Origin: Priapulus caudatus
Lineage: Eukaryota
Direction: 5' to 3'
DNA: 64,000 bases
Assembly (NCBI RefSeq): GCF_000485595.1
Contig: NW_014577069.1
Location: forward strand, 848,673 to 912,672
The notes beneath the pieces were generated by a model. It had not been told where the DNA came from. It searched no databases and saw nothing but the letters and a program-made list of their open reading frames with translations. How positions within the stretch are numbered: the first letter of the stretch is position 1; every line of letters starts with the position of its first letter. Both the position numbers and the translations under genes were made by a program. This document shows, piece by piece, positions 12,891 through 26,399 of the stretch.

Positions 12891-13177
12891 AGGTTAGTTT
12901 AGTTAGGTTAGGTTAGGTTAGATTAGGTTAGGTTAGGTTAGGTTAGGTTAGGTTAGATTAGGTTAGGTTAGGTTAGGTTAGGTTAGATTAGGTTAGGTTA
13001 GGTTAAGTTAGGTTAGGTTAGGTTAGGTTAGGTTAGGTTAGGTTAGGTTAGGTTAGGTTAGGTTAGGTTAGGTTAGGTTAGGATTAGGTTAGGTTAGGTT
13101 AGGTTAGGTTAGGTTAGGTTAGGTTAGGTTAGGTTAGGTTAGGTTAGGTTAGGTTAGGTTAGGTTAGGTTAGGTTAG
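12891..13177 (+). repeat. Interstitial (TTAGG)n array, arthropod-type telomere motif
   Basis: About 285 bp of near-perfect TTAGG with a few TTAGA/TTAAG variants. Confidence 0.95.
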
Positions 13178-15011
13178 TTTATTAATAAGTTAGAGGGCAT
13201 ACTGCATATCTTATGTGCTTGAAAATCCCACGAGGAAATTTAACCCCTGCAGTATAAGCCGGCCAACGCGGTAGAATGGAACCAGAGATACCGGTAGTTA
13301 AACGTGAATAATTCTCAATAATTGAGTAACAGCAAACATACATCACCATTATAGTTCATTACTGTTATGAAATTGTTGTGCATACATTCTAACATAATCA
13401 TAGACATACAAAATACTCATGTTTTATCTGTAGATAACTGAGAATTTATTTCTAGAAAATGTAGGAAGCTGTTAATTTTTCGTAAGAATGCATACTTTAC
13501 CAGTCTACGCAGTTTTTCTAAAATGAGCGTAAAGCGATGCAATAAAACTATTATGTAAATTTCTAACCTCATTAGCAACACGAGTAATTTCTTAAAACAT
13601 TCGAAGCCAATGAATAATAAAATAAACAACTTTATTGATTCACTTCAAATTCGGCGATGACCTTTTTTATTCTGATAATAAAATGTAAATATTTATTCTG
13701 GACCTTATCTTGCAGATATGAAAATCGGCTTTCATTTTAGCGTATGTGAGTTGTAGGATTATCACGAAGAAAGATTTTCGCCGTCAGCTGCGATGCACGT
13801 TACGTGCTGCATGCGCAAGCAGTAGCTCGACTCGCGCAATTTAAATTGAACATTAGAAGTAATAACATACCGAGAAATGTTTGATGTGCAGCTGACTTAC
13901 AATTAACATTACTGCCAATAAGGTTGATTCGATTGGGCTAGCATATTATTATATACAGTCGTATAAACGAATATTACATAGACAAACTAATTCTAGCTTA
14001 TTTTTATGCATGTTTATCAACAGAAATTTCACATAACAATATTAGAAAAAAAACTTAAATGACGTCTATTTAAGTTTCTTATTATGATAACTGTATAGCG
14101 ATAGAATATTATTTTAATCATGCTAGACACGTCGCTCTAGTAAACTCACACTGTTTAAAATAAGCATGAACGGAGTACATAGATTTATTAGGATATAAAG
14201 GTAGAAACACTGCATTCTTAGTGTGACGACCTGAGATTTGACACATGCGCGAATCCAACAAATCAATTCTGAAATTCTGACAGCAAAGCGTGAACTATTG
14301 AACTCTTACTGAACCCCTACTACCATCCTGTAATTTCTTATTTCTCACAGAGTGCTCCTGCCCCCATCGCGAATAATCGACTATCCCTGCAGATGCTAAG
14401 TATCTCTAAGAATTGGCTAGCGGCGCTATTGCTAGCACAATCAAAGAACGAGTAGGAGAGAACTGGGAGTTATTCTACTATAGACATTATTAACTAACTT
14501 CAAAGCCAACTAGCCGACCGACCGACCGAACAGTAGATTTTGGCCATCATTTCATATAACGTGCATATTTGTGTAATCGTCGCATATATAATATTTATAT
14601 GTTTACCGCGCGAATGCAGTGTTACCCATGTTAATTCCACACAGACCTATAGACATGTATAAATAGCCTGAATGCATCCGACTAAAAGATGAACCGCTCG
14701 GCTGGCTTATAACGGCTATTCTCTATGATCCTGATAGAGCGGCTGCCGTACACCGATTACTTTATACCGGTATCATCCTATCCTCAGCACAGAGCGGCGG
14801 ATCCAGAGAGACATGATACAAGATTGCGTGGCACAGCTTTGCTGTTGATCCTAAGCGCTGCGCGCGGATGAGACGCGCAGTTCCGCGGGATATGCGCACG
14901 CGACCGCGGGGATGTTTAAGTATGAAGCGCTGTCCGCAGTGGAGACGTGCGCCAAATTCGAGTCTCCACAGCGGTCAGCGGATGGTCTGTAGTTTTAGAA
15001 GATGACAATGA

Positions 15012-15529
15012 TTATATATGGACGATATTCTAGGAATTGGAGATTATAAAACAGCAACAAAAATCGCTCAGTCATGCTCCAGATTAGCTGAATCAAAAAG
15101 ATTAGAATTTAATATGAACAAAACAAATATAATGGTTATAAAATTCACAAACAAAGAAAGTATAGAAAAGGACATATTAATAGGCAACCGAGTAATTAGA
15201 AAATTCACCAAATATTCATACCTAGGGGATTTAATTAATGATATAGGAGGTTATAACGATATGATAAGAGTCCGAACTAAAAAATGTCGATGAGGGAAAT
15301 ATTATCATGGGCAGAAGAGAAAAATTATGGAAATCATACTATAGAAGCGAGAGTGAAATTATACGAATGCACAGTTTTACCTTCCTTCCTAAATAAAAGT
15401 GAAACATGGACTAACTTAACTAAGAAAGAAGTAAAAATGTTGGAAGATTTCCAAAATGAGTGCCTGCGCAAAAAAATAATCACGCAGAAAACGCAAAAAA
15501 ATCTACCGAAAGGCATTGAAAGACAATGA
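15012..15529 (+). mobile_element. 5'-truncated non-LTR retrotransposon reverse-transcriptase remnant (RTE-like C-terminal part)
   Basis: YMDD at 15015-15026, then KRLEFNMNKTNIM and KYSYLGDLI. After a frameshift comes RVKLYECTVLPSFLNKSETW, resembling the LLYGSETW motif. The segment is A-rich and compositionally distinct from its flanks. Confidence 0.8.
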
Positions 15530-16416
15530 AAACTCCAAGAAAATATACAGAGAAATCAGTAAAAATAACATATAGTTTCTATACTTAAATCGTGGTAAAT
15601 ACATTAAAAATGCATTATTTTATTGAAAATCCCTATATTTACTTATAAAACATGCAAGAGATGGCGCTGTGGCATGTAAACATTGGCTCCAAACATTCTA
15701 ACCTCTGTCGTGCAGTGTGCTGTGTTTTATTGAATTGTTCAATGAATGACGCACTCGTTCACTTCCGACAGCGAGTGAAAATGCACAAAATGTTCCTCTT
15801 TGATGCGAAATGCATCGGCCGAGCATTTCATTATTTACGAAAAGTAAAGAGGCTCGCGAAAGACAGTAGGTACAAGAACTGGTCACGTCGGTGACGCCCC
15901 ATTCATGCCCATCAACGAAGAAGGCAGGGCTTATTCTGATTACGGAGATGCGAAAATGCAACAGAAGGACGTAGCACAGTGCCCTAAACAGCGTGTTATT
16001 TTCGTTTTTGTGCCAAACTCTATCGTAGGAAACCGTTCTAGCCTAAGATCGGCTATTTGGTGCTGTAATGGGTCCCCACCTTTGAAAATATAATAGAGAG
16101 GTGCGGCGTAGGCTGTGATTGGAAGACACAAAGTGTCAATCCTCGGCGCGTCTCGGCATCATGACCTCATCACGTCCAGGAGTTAGGAAGAGAATGGCCC
16201 CTGCGACCGCTTAAGGTGCGAAAATGTGAACGAGATGGCGGTGGGGTACCTTTTAAACGGGAAATGCCTAAAATGTGGGCATTTAAATACTTTTTCTCCA
16301 CTTCCCCAAACATACTGGGGAGAGACCATTTAATATCAGCGCAATTGACAGGACATTGGCATTTCTAGTTGTATCGTTAGAATATACTGCATAAAAATAC
16401 ATAACCATATATACGA

Positions 16417-16681
16417 GAGTGTGTGAAAGCGTGCGCGTGCGTCCCTGCATGCGCGCATTTTGTGTGTATGCGCGCGTGCTCGTACTGTGTGTGCGTGTGT
16501 GCCTGTATGCTCGCATTGTGTGCGCGTGCGTGCCTGCATGCGCGCATTGTGTGTGAGTGCACGCGCGCTCGACTGTATAGATTGTGTGTGCGTGTGTGTT
16601 TAGTTCGTAAGCGTGCGCGCGCGTGTGTATGTGCATGTGCATGTGTATGCGCGTGCATGTGTATGCGCGTGCATGTGTGTG
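16417..16681. repeat. Degenerate (GT/GC)n purine-pyrimidine microsatellite
   Basis: Direct reading. Confidence 0.85.
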
Positions 16682-16958
16682 AGGAGACAAGAAATCTCTC
16701 GTCCTGCCACAGTAAAACGCATCTGAGCCAACAGAGTAAGACCTAATTTCTATCAAGGGAGTAAAAAAAATCTTCCTTAAAGATTCTGAAATAATGAGCA
16801 AGGATATACCGGTAGAGGTTACCGGGAAATGCTATTAATAGTATAAATATTTCTTTAAGCCAGCACATGTCTATTCTTAGCCGTGCATTGACCCCATTAA
16901 ACGACAATGACTGCGGTCCGACGCAAACATTTAACGGTACCTGAAAACATTCTCATAA

Positions 16959-17537
16959 AACCCGGCGCACATAAACGTGAGTAATTATACTCAGGAAAAT
17001 GATGCATGCGTCAAAATACTCACGTGTGCGCCGGATTTCATTTGAGTTTTCTGACGCATGCATCAAGAAACGCAATATCAAACATGTTTGATAATTTTTA
17101 ACTCAAGCGTCAAAATACTCAACGTGTGCGCGCTACCTGCGTAAATTTACTTAACACTGGTACTCACAGCGCATGCGTTTAAATCATTTTAAAAATGGCT
17201 GCGCCCAGTATAGTCTTGGATGTTTTATCGGAAGACAAATTGGTGGATTTTTGGCCCGATTATGAATGCTTATACGTCGTTAGTAACCCAGATTTTAAAA
17301 ATAGGGAGAAAAGGGAGCAAGCAAACCATAGTAAAAGAAACAATAAATTTTCTTCATCTTCGAATGCAGACGAACTATCGGTATCCGCCATATTGTACAG
17401 GCACGTGATCTACATTACCACTTATACCTTGAGTAATTTTACTCACGTGTGCGGTGGACGCTGAAAATATTTCGCGTGAGTATTTTGACGCATGCATCAT
17501 TTTACTTGAGTAAAATTAGTCACGTGTGCGCCGGGCT
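16959..17537 (+). mobile_element. PIF/Harbinger deletion derivative (579 bp) with TAA TSD
   Basis: TIRs AACCCGGCGCACA and TGTGCGCCGGGCT extend imperfectly for about 65 bp. TAA lies on both flanks (16956-16958 and 17538-17540). An internal MADF-like ORF is present. Confidence 0.85.
17195..17325 (+). pseudogene. N-terminal MADF (Myb/SANT-like) domain fragment, Harbinger DNA-binding ORF
   Basis: MAAPSIVLDVLSEDKLVDFWPDYECLYVVSNPDFKNREKREQA matches the MADF pattern (L...W....CLY......KNR..R..A). Similarity is lost afterwards. Confidence 0.7.
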
Positions 17538-18598
17538 TAAGCCCAACGACAAGGGGGTGGCTAGACAATCAGTATAGCTCATCCACGAAATCAGCTAGTC
17601 GCAAATATCGCCATATTTCCCAGATGTTCGAGAGATAGACGGTCAAACAGAGTGGAAAACGGTGGCAAAAAGAAAGTGACCCACGGAGACGCATCCATAG
17701 ATTATGATTCCCGCTATTATGCCACACATATAGCAATTTCTACTTTCTTTATCGCGCTTAACTGGTCCGATGTTTGTGCTTACAGCTAGTAGCGTCGGGA
17801 ACACTGGAACGACTATTTGCGCTTGTACTTTAGTGAGGTGTAAATATATTACCTTAGTTGCGGATATTATATATATATATATACCTATATTACATAGTTG
17901 AGACCCGATGATTTTGCATAAAAAATTGTGACATTCGTGAAAATTTACACTAAATTAAACGCAGTGTCGACGTCGAATCTGAGCCGCGCAGTCGCGTCGA
18001 AATCGCTGTCGCTGTGATGCCGGTGACATTTAAATGCCATTAGCTTCACGCATACGCGGCCCATGCACGTATCAACTCGATCCGATGTGGCGAATTCATA
18101 GTAGCTTAGCGCGTTTTGTCCGTTAGTGCGAGGTTAAAATTCATGCGCGAAATCAACCAACCATTGAGCCGACTGCGCTATACGTGCCCGGCAAACTGAA
18201 TCAGCGGGGTCACGAGGGCGTGCTGACGTCATGCCGCACGTCAGCGATGACGCGTGGCCCTTTGTCGTCATCATGCGCCGTGTTGCGTGGGCGTGTGGTC
18301 CGATGAACCGTCTACAGTCGCAGCGTAGGGAAGGGAACTTCTGTCGCAATTCTAGACTAAACTGATTTGACGCACGAGGCAAGCACGCCTTGCCCGTGTC
18401 GAATCTGGTCGCAGTGCTTGCGACATGCGCCGATTCCAACGTTATTGGACGCATACAGAGCTCCGGCATGCAACAACCCTCGAGTTGGCTAATGCCAGAG
18501 CTCGTGTATTGCAAATATAGTCAATATTTGTCAGATTAATTCATAACAAAAACAGCCCGCTGCTAGTCTGCACGAGAATCGAGAATATATAGAATAGA

Positions 18599-18659
<61 letters not shown>

Positions 18660-19495
18660 ATATAGAAGTCGTATACATCGAGAAGTCAGGCGCTTTCGTA
18701 AAGCGCACAATTACGTGCCCGCGCGTGTCTTGCTTCTCGCATCATCGCTCTGCCCGTAGAAAAACCACCCGAGCTATTCATCCTAAATCTGATCATAGGA
18801 TTTATCTGCAGATCTACAGATAGCCGTTGAGGGTCAGTGACGGTGACCTCACCATGCGTGGCGAGCGGGGCGGGGCGGGGCGGGGTGGGGGCGGGGGTGG
18901 GGCGGGGCGGGGTCGGGGGTGGGGGCGCGGTGGGGCATGGTAGCAATAGCGCGTGCACAGAATCCCAAAGGTGAGGCGTGTGAAACTGTGCATTCTACCG
19001 GATGCCTGTACAGATTTCCACTAGTTACTTTAATTACTTCCAACATGATTGTGGCTAATATAGAATCCGTATTCGTTCGTCCCATTCTTGGTTGTGTTTT
19101 GTCGTCTCTAAGGGGACTTGGTTTGACAACGGGGGTGCAACGCCAATTGCTATATCGACCTTCTGTAGGCTATCCAGTACGCCTGTGGAGACCCGCCCTC
19201 ACACGATAATGCTAACTGAACTCCTGTACTCCCAATGCCAACAGCGGAATAAATCATTTATTCGGTTAGAGTAGTTAGTAGTATAACATCGGTAAGCGTA
19301 TATTATATATGCCCATATACGCATATATGCATACAAACGTATACAAGCATAAACACTCGTACACACGCGTGGGCGCCCATACACATATTAATATACACAT
19401 ACACATTCACATACATACAATCACAAACAACTGTACACACATTCATGCGCGCACACACACATACACACACGCACGCGCGCGCGCACACACGCGCG

Positions 19496-19540
<45 letters not shown>

Positions 19541-19656
19541 GCAGACACTCACGTAAACACAACGCGGAGGTGGGCATGACGCGAGGGCCTCCATCTCGCT
19601 GGACTTCCCACATATATACTTCTAACTACATGTGACCAACAGCTCCATTGTAACAT

Positions 19657-19701
19657 ATCAAGAGTACATAATAGAGATAATCTCTGTTATGTACTCTTGA
19701 T
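19657..19701. repeat. 45-bp palindrome, ATCARGAG hairpin family
   Basis: ATCAAGAGTACATAATAGAGA-TAA-TCTCTGTTATGTACTCTTGAT: 21-bp arms, 1 mismatch. Confidence 0.85.
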
Positions 19702-21758
19702 TGTATGTAACATTCTATTAATGGCGGGACATTGAGTTCAAAGCACGCACGTTGGGTTCACTTTCAATTTGGCGGAAGTAGGCCTACCTGGCATGCGGAA
19801 ATACAGCCACACGCATTTCGGGTATTCTAAGACTAAATCAGTGAGTGTTCGCTGCTCAATGCTAGCTGGACTACATAATCTTACCGCGCTGTCCTTTGAC
19901 ACACGCCTACCTCTAACCGTGACTACTAATTCAAGGACACGCTAAGCGTGTTCCAGTGACTGACCGCTTCGAGGCTTGCGTGTTTATTGTGCACAATATC
20001 TGAGCAGCACAGTGACCAGTAGGGTCGACATGCCTCAGCATTCCCCAATCCTGTTCCCAGCGGGGCCTACTTAGGCAAGCGCGGACGTCGGACAACGCTC
20101 ATATATAGCGAACTGCCCCCGAATGGTCACTTCCGTAATATAGTCAAGGTCGGAATAGTATACCGGACTCCTCCGGCAAGACGCTTGACCATGGGGGCAG
20201 CACTCAACCGCGGCTTGCGTACCCCACTCACCCCATGTGACCATGTATGGCAGTAGGCACATAACTTGACACGGTCGACACAGACAGAAGTAAGTGAAAG
20301 TGCCGATCCGCGTTCACACGGCCAATGGATATCATACACGCAGCCACTGGGTCACGGGTCCGCGCGAGCAAACAAGGAAACGGAATTGCGCTCGCGTGCA
20401 GTTCAAGAGCGTCTGTTAATTGTATCCGTAACGTAAGGCGACCAACTGTAGCTGCTTCGGTCGATTGAAGGCAGGCACTCATATTTCAATGTCCCACGTT
20501 TATCGGCGTAATGCATCTATATCGGTGTGTCATCTTATGAAACGAAGGTTGGAGTCCGCGAAACACAATCACTCTGGATTAATTCCCGACTTGTGTAAAA
20601 TCTCACATGTGCACACAGATAGTTATATCATACTAGCAGCCCGCTCCTTCTTTACGTCTCCATGGTCATGCAGTCTCTTCTATGCATTGACCGGTCATCA
20701 TTTATCATTACAGCGAGTGTAAGTGCGCGCGTGCGCGCGTTCACGTACGACTGCGGGCACTTTATTTATTGATCTTGGCTCTCACATCACGTACCTAACT
20801 ATACCAGCTGTTTAATTTTAATAGGTATCGTGTGGTATATGGCCACTACCATCAACGGCACTTGACGACGATGACGTCGGTGATGACACTGATTGTGTTT
20901 TGGACGAAATGAATAAAGAAAGAAAGAAAGAAAGAAAAAAAAAAAAGAAGAAAATTATGAATATATTTATTCTTTGAGCCCACAGTTATGCAAATTCACT
21001 GATTCAACCGAAACCCGAAACATCTACACTTACTCAGCAATCAAGGCCCATGCAGGAAATACGCGGTAAATCAAGGATAAATACGTATAGTTCCTTATGG
21101 CCACGATTATACAGATAATCCGATCAAATCTTTTTCCTGATTATTGTCATCGTCGTCATAACTGCGCAGAGCGAAAAAAACGGAAGCACCTTGAGCGGAA
21201 AAAAAAAGAATTGGCGCATCATTATCCCATTGTTCGCTGAGGATAAATCAGTTAAGCGTGCATGATCACGCTGTTATCCGGCGCGCAGGCGCACCTGCTT
21301 CTCTGAGAGCCCCGCCCAGGTGTGTGCAGTCAGCGGCAGCTATTACACGGTATTTGCTTTGTGGTTTACTCGTACATATCTAAAAAGGTCGGCGCGATGC
21401 GTCCGTTTTATGACCTGCTTATACAACCTTGGCCCGCCCGCCCAGTCTTTGTGAGCATATATCCACTGCAGCCGATTCCATCGGAACTACTGCATCGGCG
21501 TCTGAGTCTTTGGCTTTTATAGTTAGTTGACAACCCTGGACTGCTTTACGTGCTGCCCATGCATACGCAGCATCCGGGCCACGAGGTAATGGAGTATGCT
21601 CGTTGAAGCCTGTACAGTAGTTGCATCTCGGGTATCATGAACACTCTCTTCTCTCTTACCTTTTCTCTCTTACACCTCTCACTGACACTCTGTCTCTTCT
21701 TCTCCTCTACAGCATGGAAGACTCTGTTACTTCTGTCTAACCTGCCAAGTCTATATAT

Positions 21759-21759
<1 letters not shown>

Positions 21760-21794
<35 letters not shown>

Positions 21795-21804
21795 NNNNNN
21801 NNNN

Positions 21805-21860
<56 letters not shown>

Positions 21861-21985
21861 ACACACATACACACATACACACATACACACACACACACAC
21901 ACATACACACACACACACACACACCTCGCCCCCACACACATACGTCGCCCCCCACACACACGCACGCACGCATACATACACATGC
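21760..21985. repeat. (CA)n microsatellite spanning an N gap
   Basis: Direct reading. Confidence 0.9.
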
Positions 21986-24274
21986 CCTGTAATATAACAT
22001 TAGGGCAATATCTCGAGCCTGTATGACTTGCCAATTTGACCTTTTGATTATTGTCATTTGTCGAGACCTGAATATCGCTATTTGCAAGCTTAATTTGATA
22101 ATATTTACGAATGTTTGTTAAAGTAAAGTTTAAATTTACCGCTACATTTTCACCAATGCAAATCATGCCTTGCGTGAGCTTAGAAACTGATAGCTTCATT
22201 TGCTCCACGACAGTTTCGACAATTCGAAACCATCCGGAAAGCATTCGCGTTTGCGCAAGCATAGAAATAATGAAACCAATAGAAAACTTTTGCGGGATGC
22301 AATCCTGCGATTAGTACGAAAAGGGTTTCAATAATTGGCACTTAGGCTAACACAGTTCATACATATTAATGTAGATGTGCGGAGAATGAATGTACATACT
22401 GGGAATGCGAAACTGATTAAATGCAATTCTGCCCCGCGGAAGGATGGATTGGATTAATCTCATTAGTATGCAGTTATTTCTTTGTCGAAAGAAGTTTTAC
22501 AAATAATTCGCTCGCATGTTGTTCGGCAAAACGCAATGGCTTTACTTCAGTATACGGTCACTGCTATTTTTAGCCCACATCCGCAGTCAACTGAATAAAT
22601 CTTTCTGCATCTTTCTTCTATTTCTAGTTACAGATTTGCATTTCGACCACATTCTGCATCTCCAAAAGTCCATAATAGAAAATGTTCTATTGTGGACTCT
22701 TGGCATCACGTATGTTTTTTTAATACTAGCAATGATAAAGCGAAATATCTGGGGTTGTTGCACGGTTAGTTTACCTCGTTACAACGCAATATGTGCTTCA
22801 AGATACCATGTCGCTACTTGGCATAAGTTGTTAAAGACGACAGCAAATCTTGTACGTCGAAAAATAGAATCAACTACATAATATATAAAACTATATACCG
22901 AATCCAACTGTACCATGAATGGACGCGGCAACAAGGAACAATTGTTTGGTCCACGTGAGTGTCGAGGACCACTCGATGTCAATAGTGTGTTTGGTAAATA
23001 AAAGCCATGCAGTATTTGCAAGCGTGCTCACTTAGTAAACGCCAGCTCGCGTACAAGCCATTTCATAATATTGCTCAAGGAGAATCAATGTCTGATAACA
23101 ACATACACGAACAAACAATGCACGACCTACTCGTTATCAAAGCGCGGCATGATATCAATCAATACATATATGTGTTTGCGTATATGTTTCTCAAACATCA
23201 AGGGTAACGCGCTCACAAAATGGCAACACTAGGTAAATGGAGGAAATAGGCTGAACCCATCGGCGAGATAGTTTCTAGACACAATATCTTTAATGTATAG
23301 CCTACTCAGACTGTACAGTAACCGGTAGTTCTAACAGATACGAAATATATGACCGAGATTGTATGATCGAACGAATGTCGATGCATAGCCGAGCGAAATA
23401 TAATCATTATTATTTTGTACTCAGATCGTTTTATATAGGATATATTATTAATATAGTCTAATAATATTTGCTTCGCAATGCTTGACTTGATATAATATGG
23501 ATGTGAATCCAATTCGGAGCGACCGCATGCAAAATAATCATTATAATCCGCGACAATTTGTAAAACCTGTAGTAGTTTGCGATTTTGCGTTTTCATCTGA
23601 CTTCAATATCAAAGGAAATAATATATGCATTCAAAATCTCAGGTCTTCGTAGGACTTTATAATCCCGCGGCGGCATCGTAGACAGAATTTCTTACAAGAA
23701 AGGATTGCGAAAATTAAAACACGCTGTCTTCTATATCCTGTATTCCCTATTAAGTAATTATGAAAGGATGCAATTTTGTGATTGTAGTGTAATCGCTGCT
23801 CTTTACCGAAATTGCCGCAATAATTAAGCGAACTACATATTTCGCGTCTATTTATGCCAATATCACACTTCCTCCTTTATTCCCCCATCACTCCACTTTT
23901 TATTAGCTCACCTTGACATCGTCAATTTTGATTTTTTTTTTAATTATGCAAATTAGCTAGGGTTTGGCAATTATATAGCATATTATATCTATCACTGTGG
24001 TGTCACACTCGTCTGGTTCGTTTTACAAGATTTCATTGACAATATGTTTAATGCNNNNNNNNNNATATATATATATATATAGACGTATAATTTTATGTTA
24101 ACACTTGCAGGCGTCGCTGCAGTCATGTGCTTATATTAGCAAGCGACGTTCTTATATAACACGTAAATCGATGAGCGGTTGCTCGCGACAAACCACGCGC
24201 GCCGTCGCCAGAGCTGCGTCGCCAGAGCTGCTTGTCATTCAGCCGACGTTGTGATGAAGCGGCCGTAAAATTGA

Positions 24275-24620
24275 TGAGTAATTATGTAAGCATGAGACGT
24301 ACCTGGGTAAAACCAGTGGTTGCGTCAGCTACTCTGGCCAACAACAATATGAGTCAGTGTCGGATTAAATCTAATTGCATCTATGTATCAGGTTTAAAAT
24401 TAGGTAATGAGTAATAATGCAAGCATGAGATGTACCTCTGCATGGGTATAGCCAATGGTTGCGTCAGCTACTCTGGCCAACAACAATATGAGTCAGTGTC
24501 GGATTAAATCTAATTGCATCTCTGTATCAAGTTTAAAATTAAATTATAACAAATTAAGTAAGCATGTGCCATACCTGGAGGTAGTCAGTGGTTTCGTTTA
24601 ACTAATTAGGCCAGCATCAA
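24275..24620 (+). repeat. Tandem about 135-bp unit, 2 good copies plus a degenerate one
   Basis: 'tggttgcgtcagctactctggccaacaacaatatgagtcagtgtcggattaaatctaattgcatct' occurs twice. Confidence 0.9.
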
Positions 24621-25199
24621 CCTTAACCGGGACTAAGTAATTAAAAAATAATTAACTAATAATTAGAAATTAACTAGGCCTACGTAAGCTTGAGGCGTAC
24701 CTAAGATTATGTTAACTACTAGCAGGTTGGCGTTTGTATGCTTGGGTGACTTTAACAAATCGCATTAACCCATATGCCGTTATATAGCCGCGTTAGCTTT
24801 GTTCGTACCATAACAAACTAATCGGATTAACAATGATTCACACGTGCGGGTACGTTGAGCAGCCACAGGTCCTAACGAAAATACAGCTAAGATAATATAA
24901 TTATTATAAGCTAACAGTTACCAACTAACAGTTAACTTACAGTTACTAACAGTTAACTTACAGTTACCCTCAGTCTTACGTCTGGCCAAGGACGTTTCCT
25001 ATTTAGCTTCGTTGGCACATCATGAATTAAAAACGTTGTCTATAATCCTTAATCTTATAATTAAAAAAAAAAATTTCAATTATTTTAATTTTAATTAATA
25101 GTATATAAGATATAGCTTTAATCTGCTTTACGCTTAGTAATGAGGCTCAGCGAGATCTCTGTAGCAGGGTTCGGTTTTAAATCTTGCCGTCGAGCGGTG

Positions 25200-25313
25200 T
25201 CTCTGTGCGTGCGTGCGTGTTTCTCTGTGCGCGTACGTGACTCTGTGAGTGCGTGTTTCTGTCCGTGCGTGCGTGTTTCTCTCTTCGCGCGTGCGTGCCT
25301 CTCTCTCTCTGCG

Positions 25314-25345
<32 letters not shown>

Positions 25346-25440
25346 TGTGTGTGTGTGCGTGCGTGCGTGCGTGTGTGTGTGTGTGTGTGCGTGCGTGCGT
25401 GCGTGTGTGTGCGTGCGTGCGTGTGTGTGTGTGTGCGTGG
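25200..25440. repeat. (GT)n/(GCGT)n microsatellite
   Basis: Direct reading. Confidence 0.9.
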
Positions 25441-25561
25441 CAGCGAGTGCTTCAACCGCATGCGGTAGCCGCAGCCATCTCGAGGACATGCGATGACCGA
25501 GAAATGTGTGATCGACGAGACAGCCGTGATGAGGCGTCGGTGACGGTTCCCGCGGGCTAAC

Positions 25562-25678
25562 ATGGGCACGCTACCAGACACCGAGTCCATACGTCTGGAT
25601 GACCGCACGATCGCGCCCGAGGAAGAAAGCCTTCGTGTGGCGGAGTCGGAGGAGAAGTCGGACCCATCTGAGTGTCAG
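25562..25678 (+). CDS. Candidate first coding exon of an unidentified gene
   Basis: AAC-ATG-G start, 39 codons MGTLPDTESIRLDDRTIAPEEESLRVAESEEKSDPSECQ, then CAG|GTGAGC donor followed by AT-rich sequence. No homology recognised. Confidence 0.3.
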
Positions 25679-26399
25679 GTGAGCGTTCGGATAAGCCGGA
25701 GATTAATAGCATAATATATCGTTGTAACGACACTTCATGTAATTAACCAGCTAATTAATTAATTAAATAATTAAAATCATTCGTTAATTAATTCATCCTT
25801 GCATTAATTCACCCATCTACTCATCCAGCAAACGCACTCACCCCCACGCACTCACCCACACAGCGATATATGAAGATAGCATGAAAAGGCTATTGCGCGC
25901 GTGTAAGGTGAGAGCCTTGATCGCTCGCGTTACCTGTCAGAGATTAGCAATATAAGCCGCGGCTCGTGTCCGGCTGCCTTCATCTGTCACCATTACGATT
26001 ACATATCAGTGCATTTCCGTCGCCGACGTACAGTCACGTGAGCCGATGATTGCACAACAGCGATGTCCCCATTGACAGCATAATCTCCACTAGCGGACAG
26101 GTGCGAATCGGTGGAGGCGAAACACACCTGCAGTATATTTCCTGTGTCGTGTTGTCCTGCCCAGCAATTATTCGTAATCGATAGTGTGCATTCGTGACCA
26201 TTCGATTGAACCATACCTGCGTTTTTGAGTGCGGGGAGGAGCCGCACGTGTGGTTACCCCTGGTTACGTACGTTCTCTTGCATCTTAGTCAATATCAGCG
26301 TAATCTTAGTCGGTGTCCGGTTAACGAATTCGGTCGGCATGGGCATGAGCATCAGCCGCAGCAGGAGGGATTAGATTAACTTGTTCTGTAAACACGAAC

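Noticed and set aside
20071..20262. Cys-containing minus-strand ORF as a further CDA exon
   Set aside because: No CDA similarity, and the CDA C-terminus is already accounted for at 35.8-36.5 kb.
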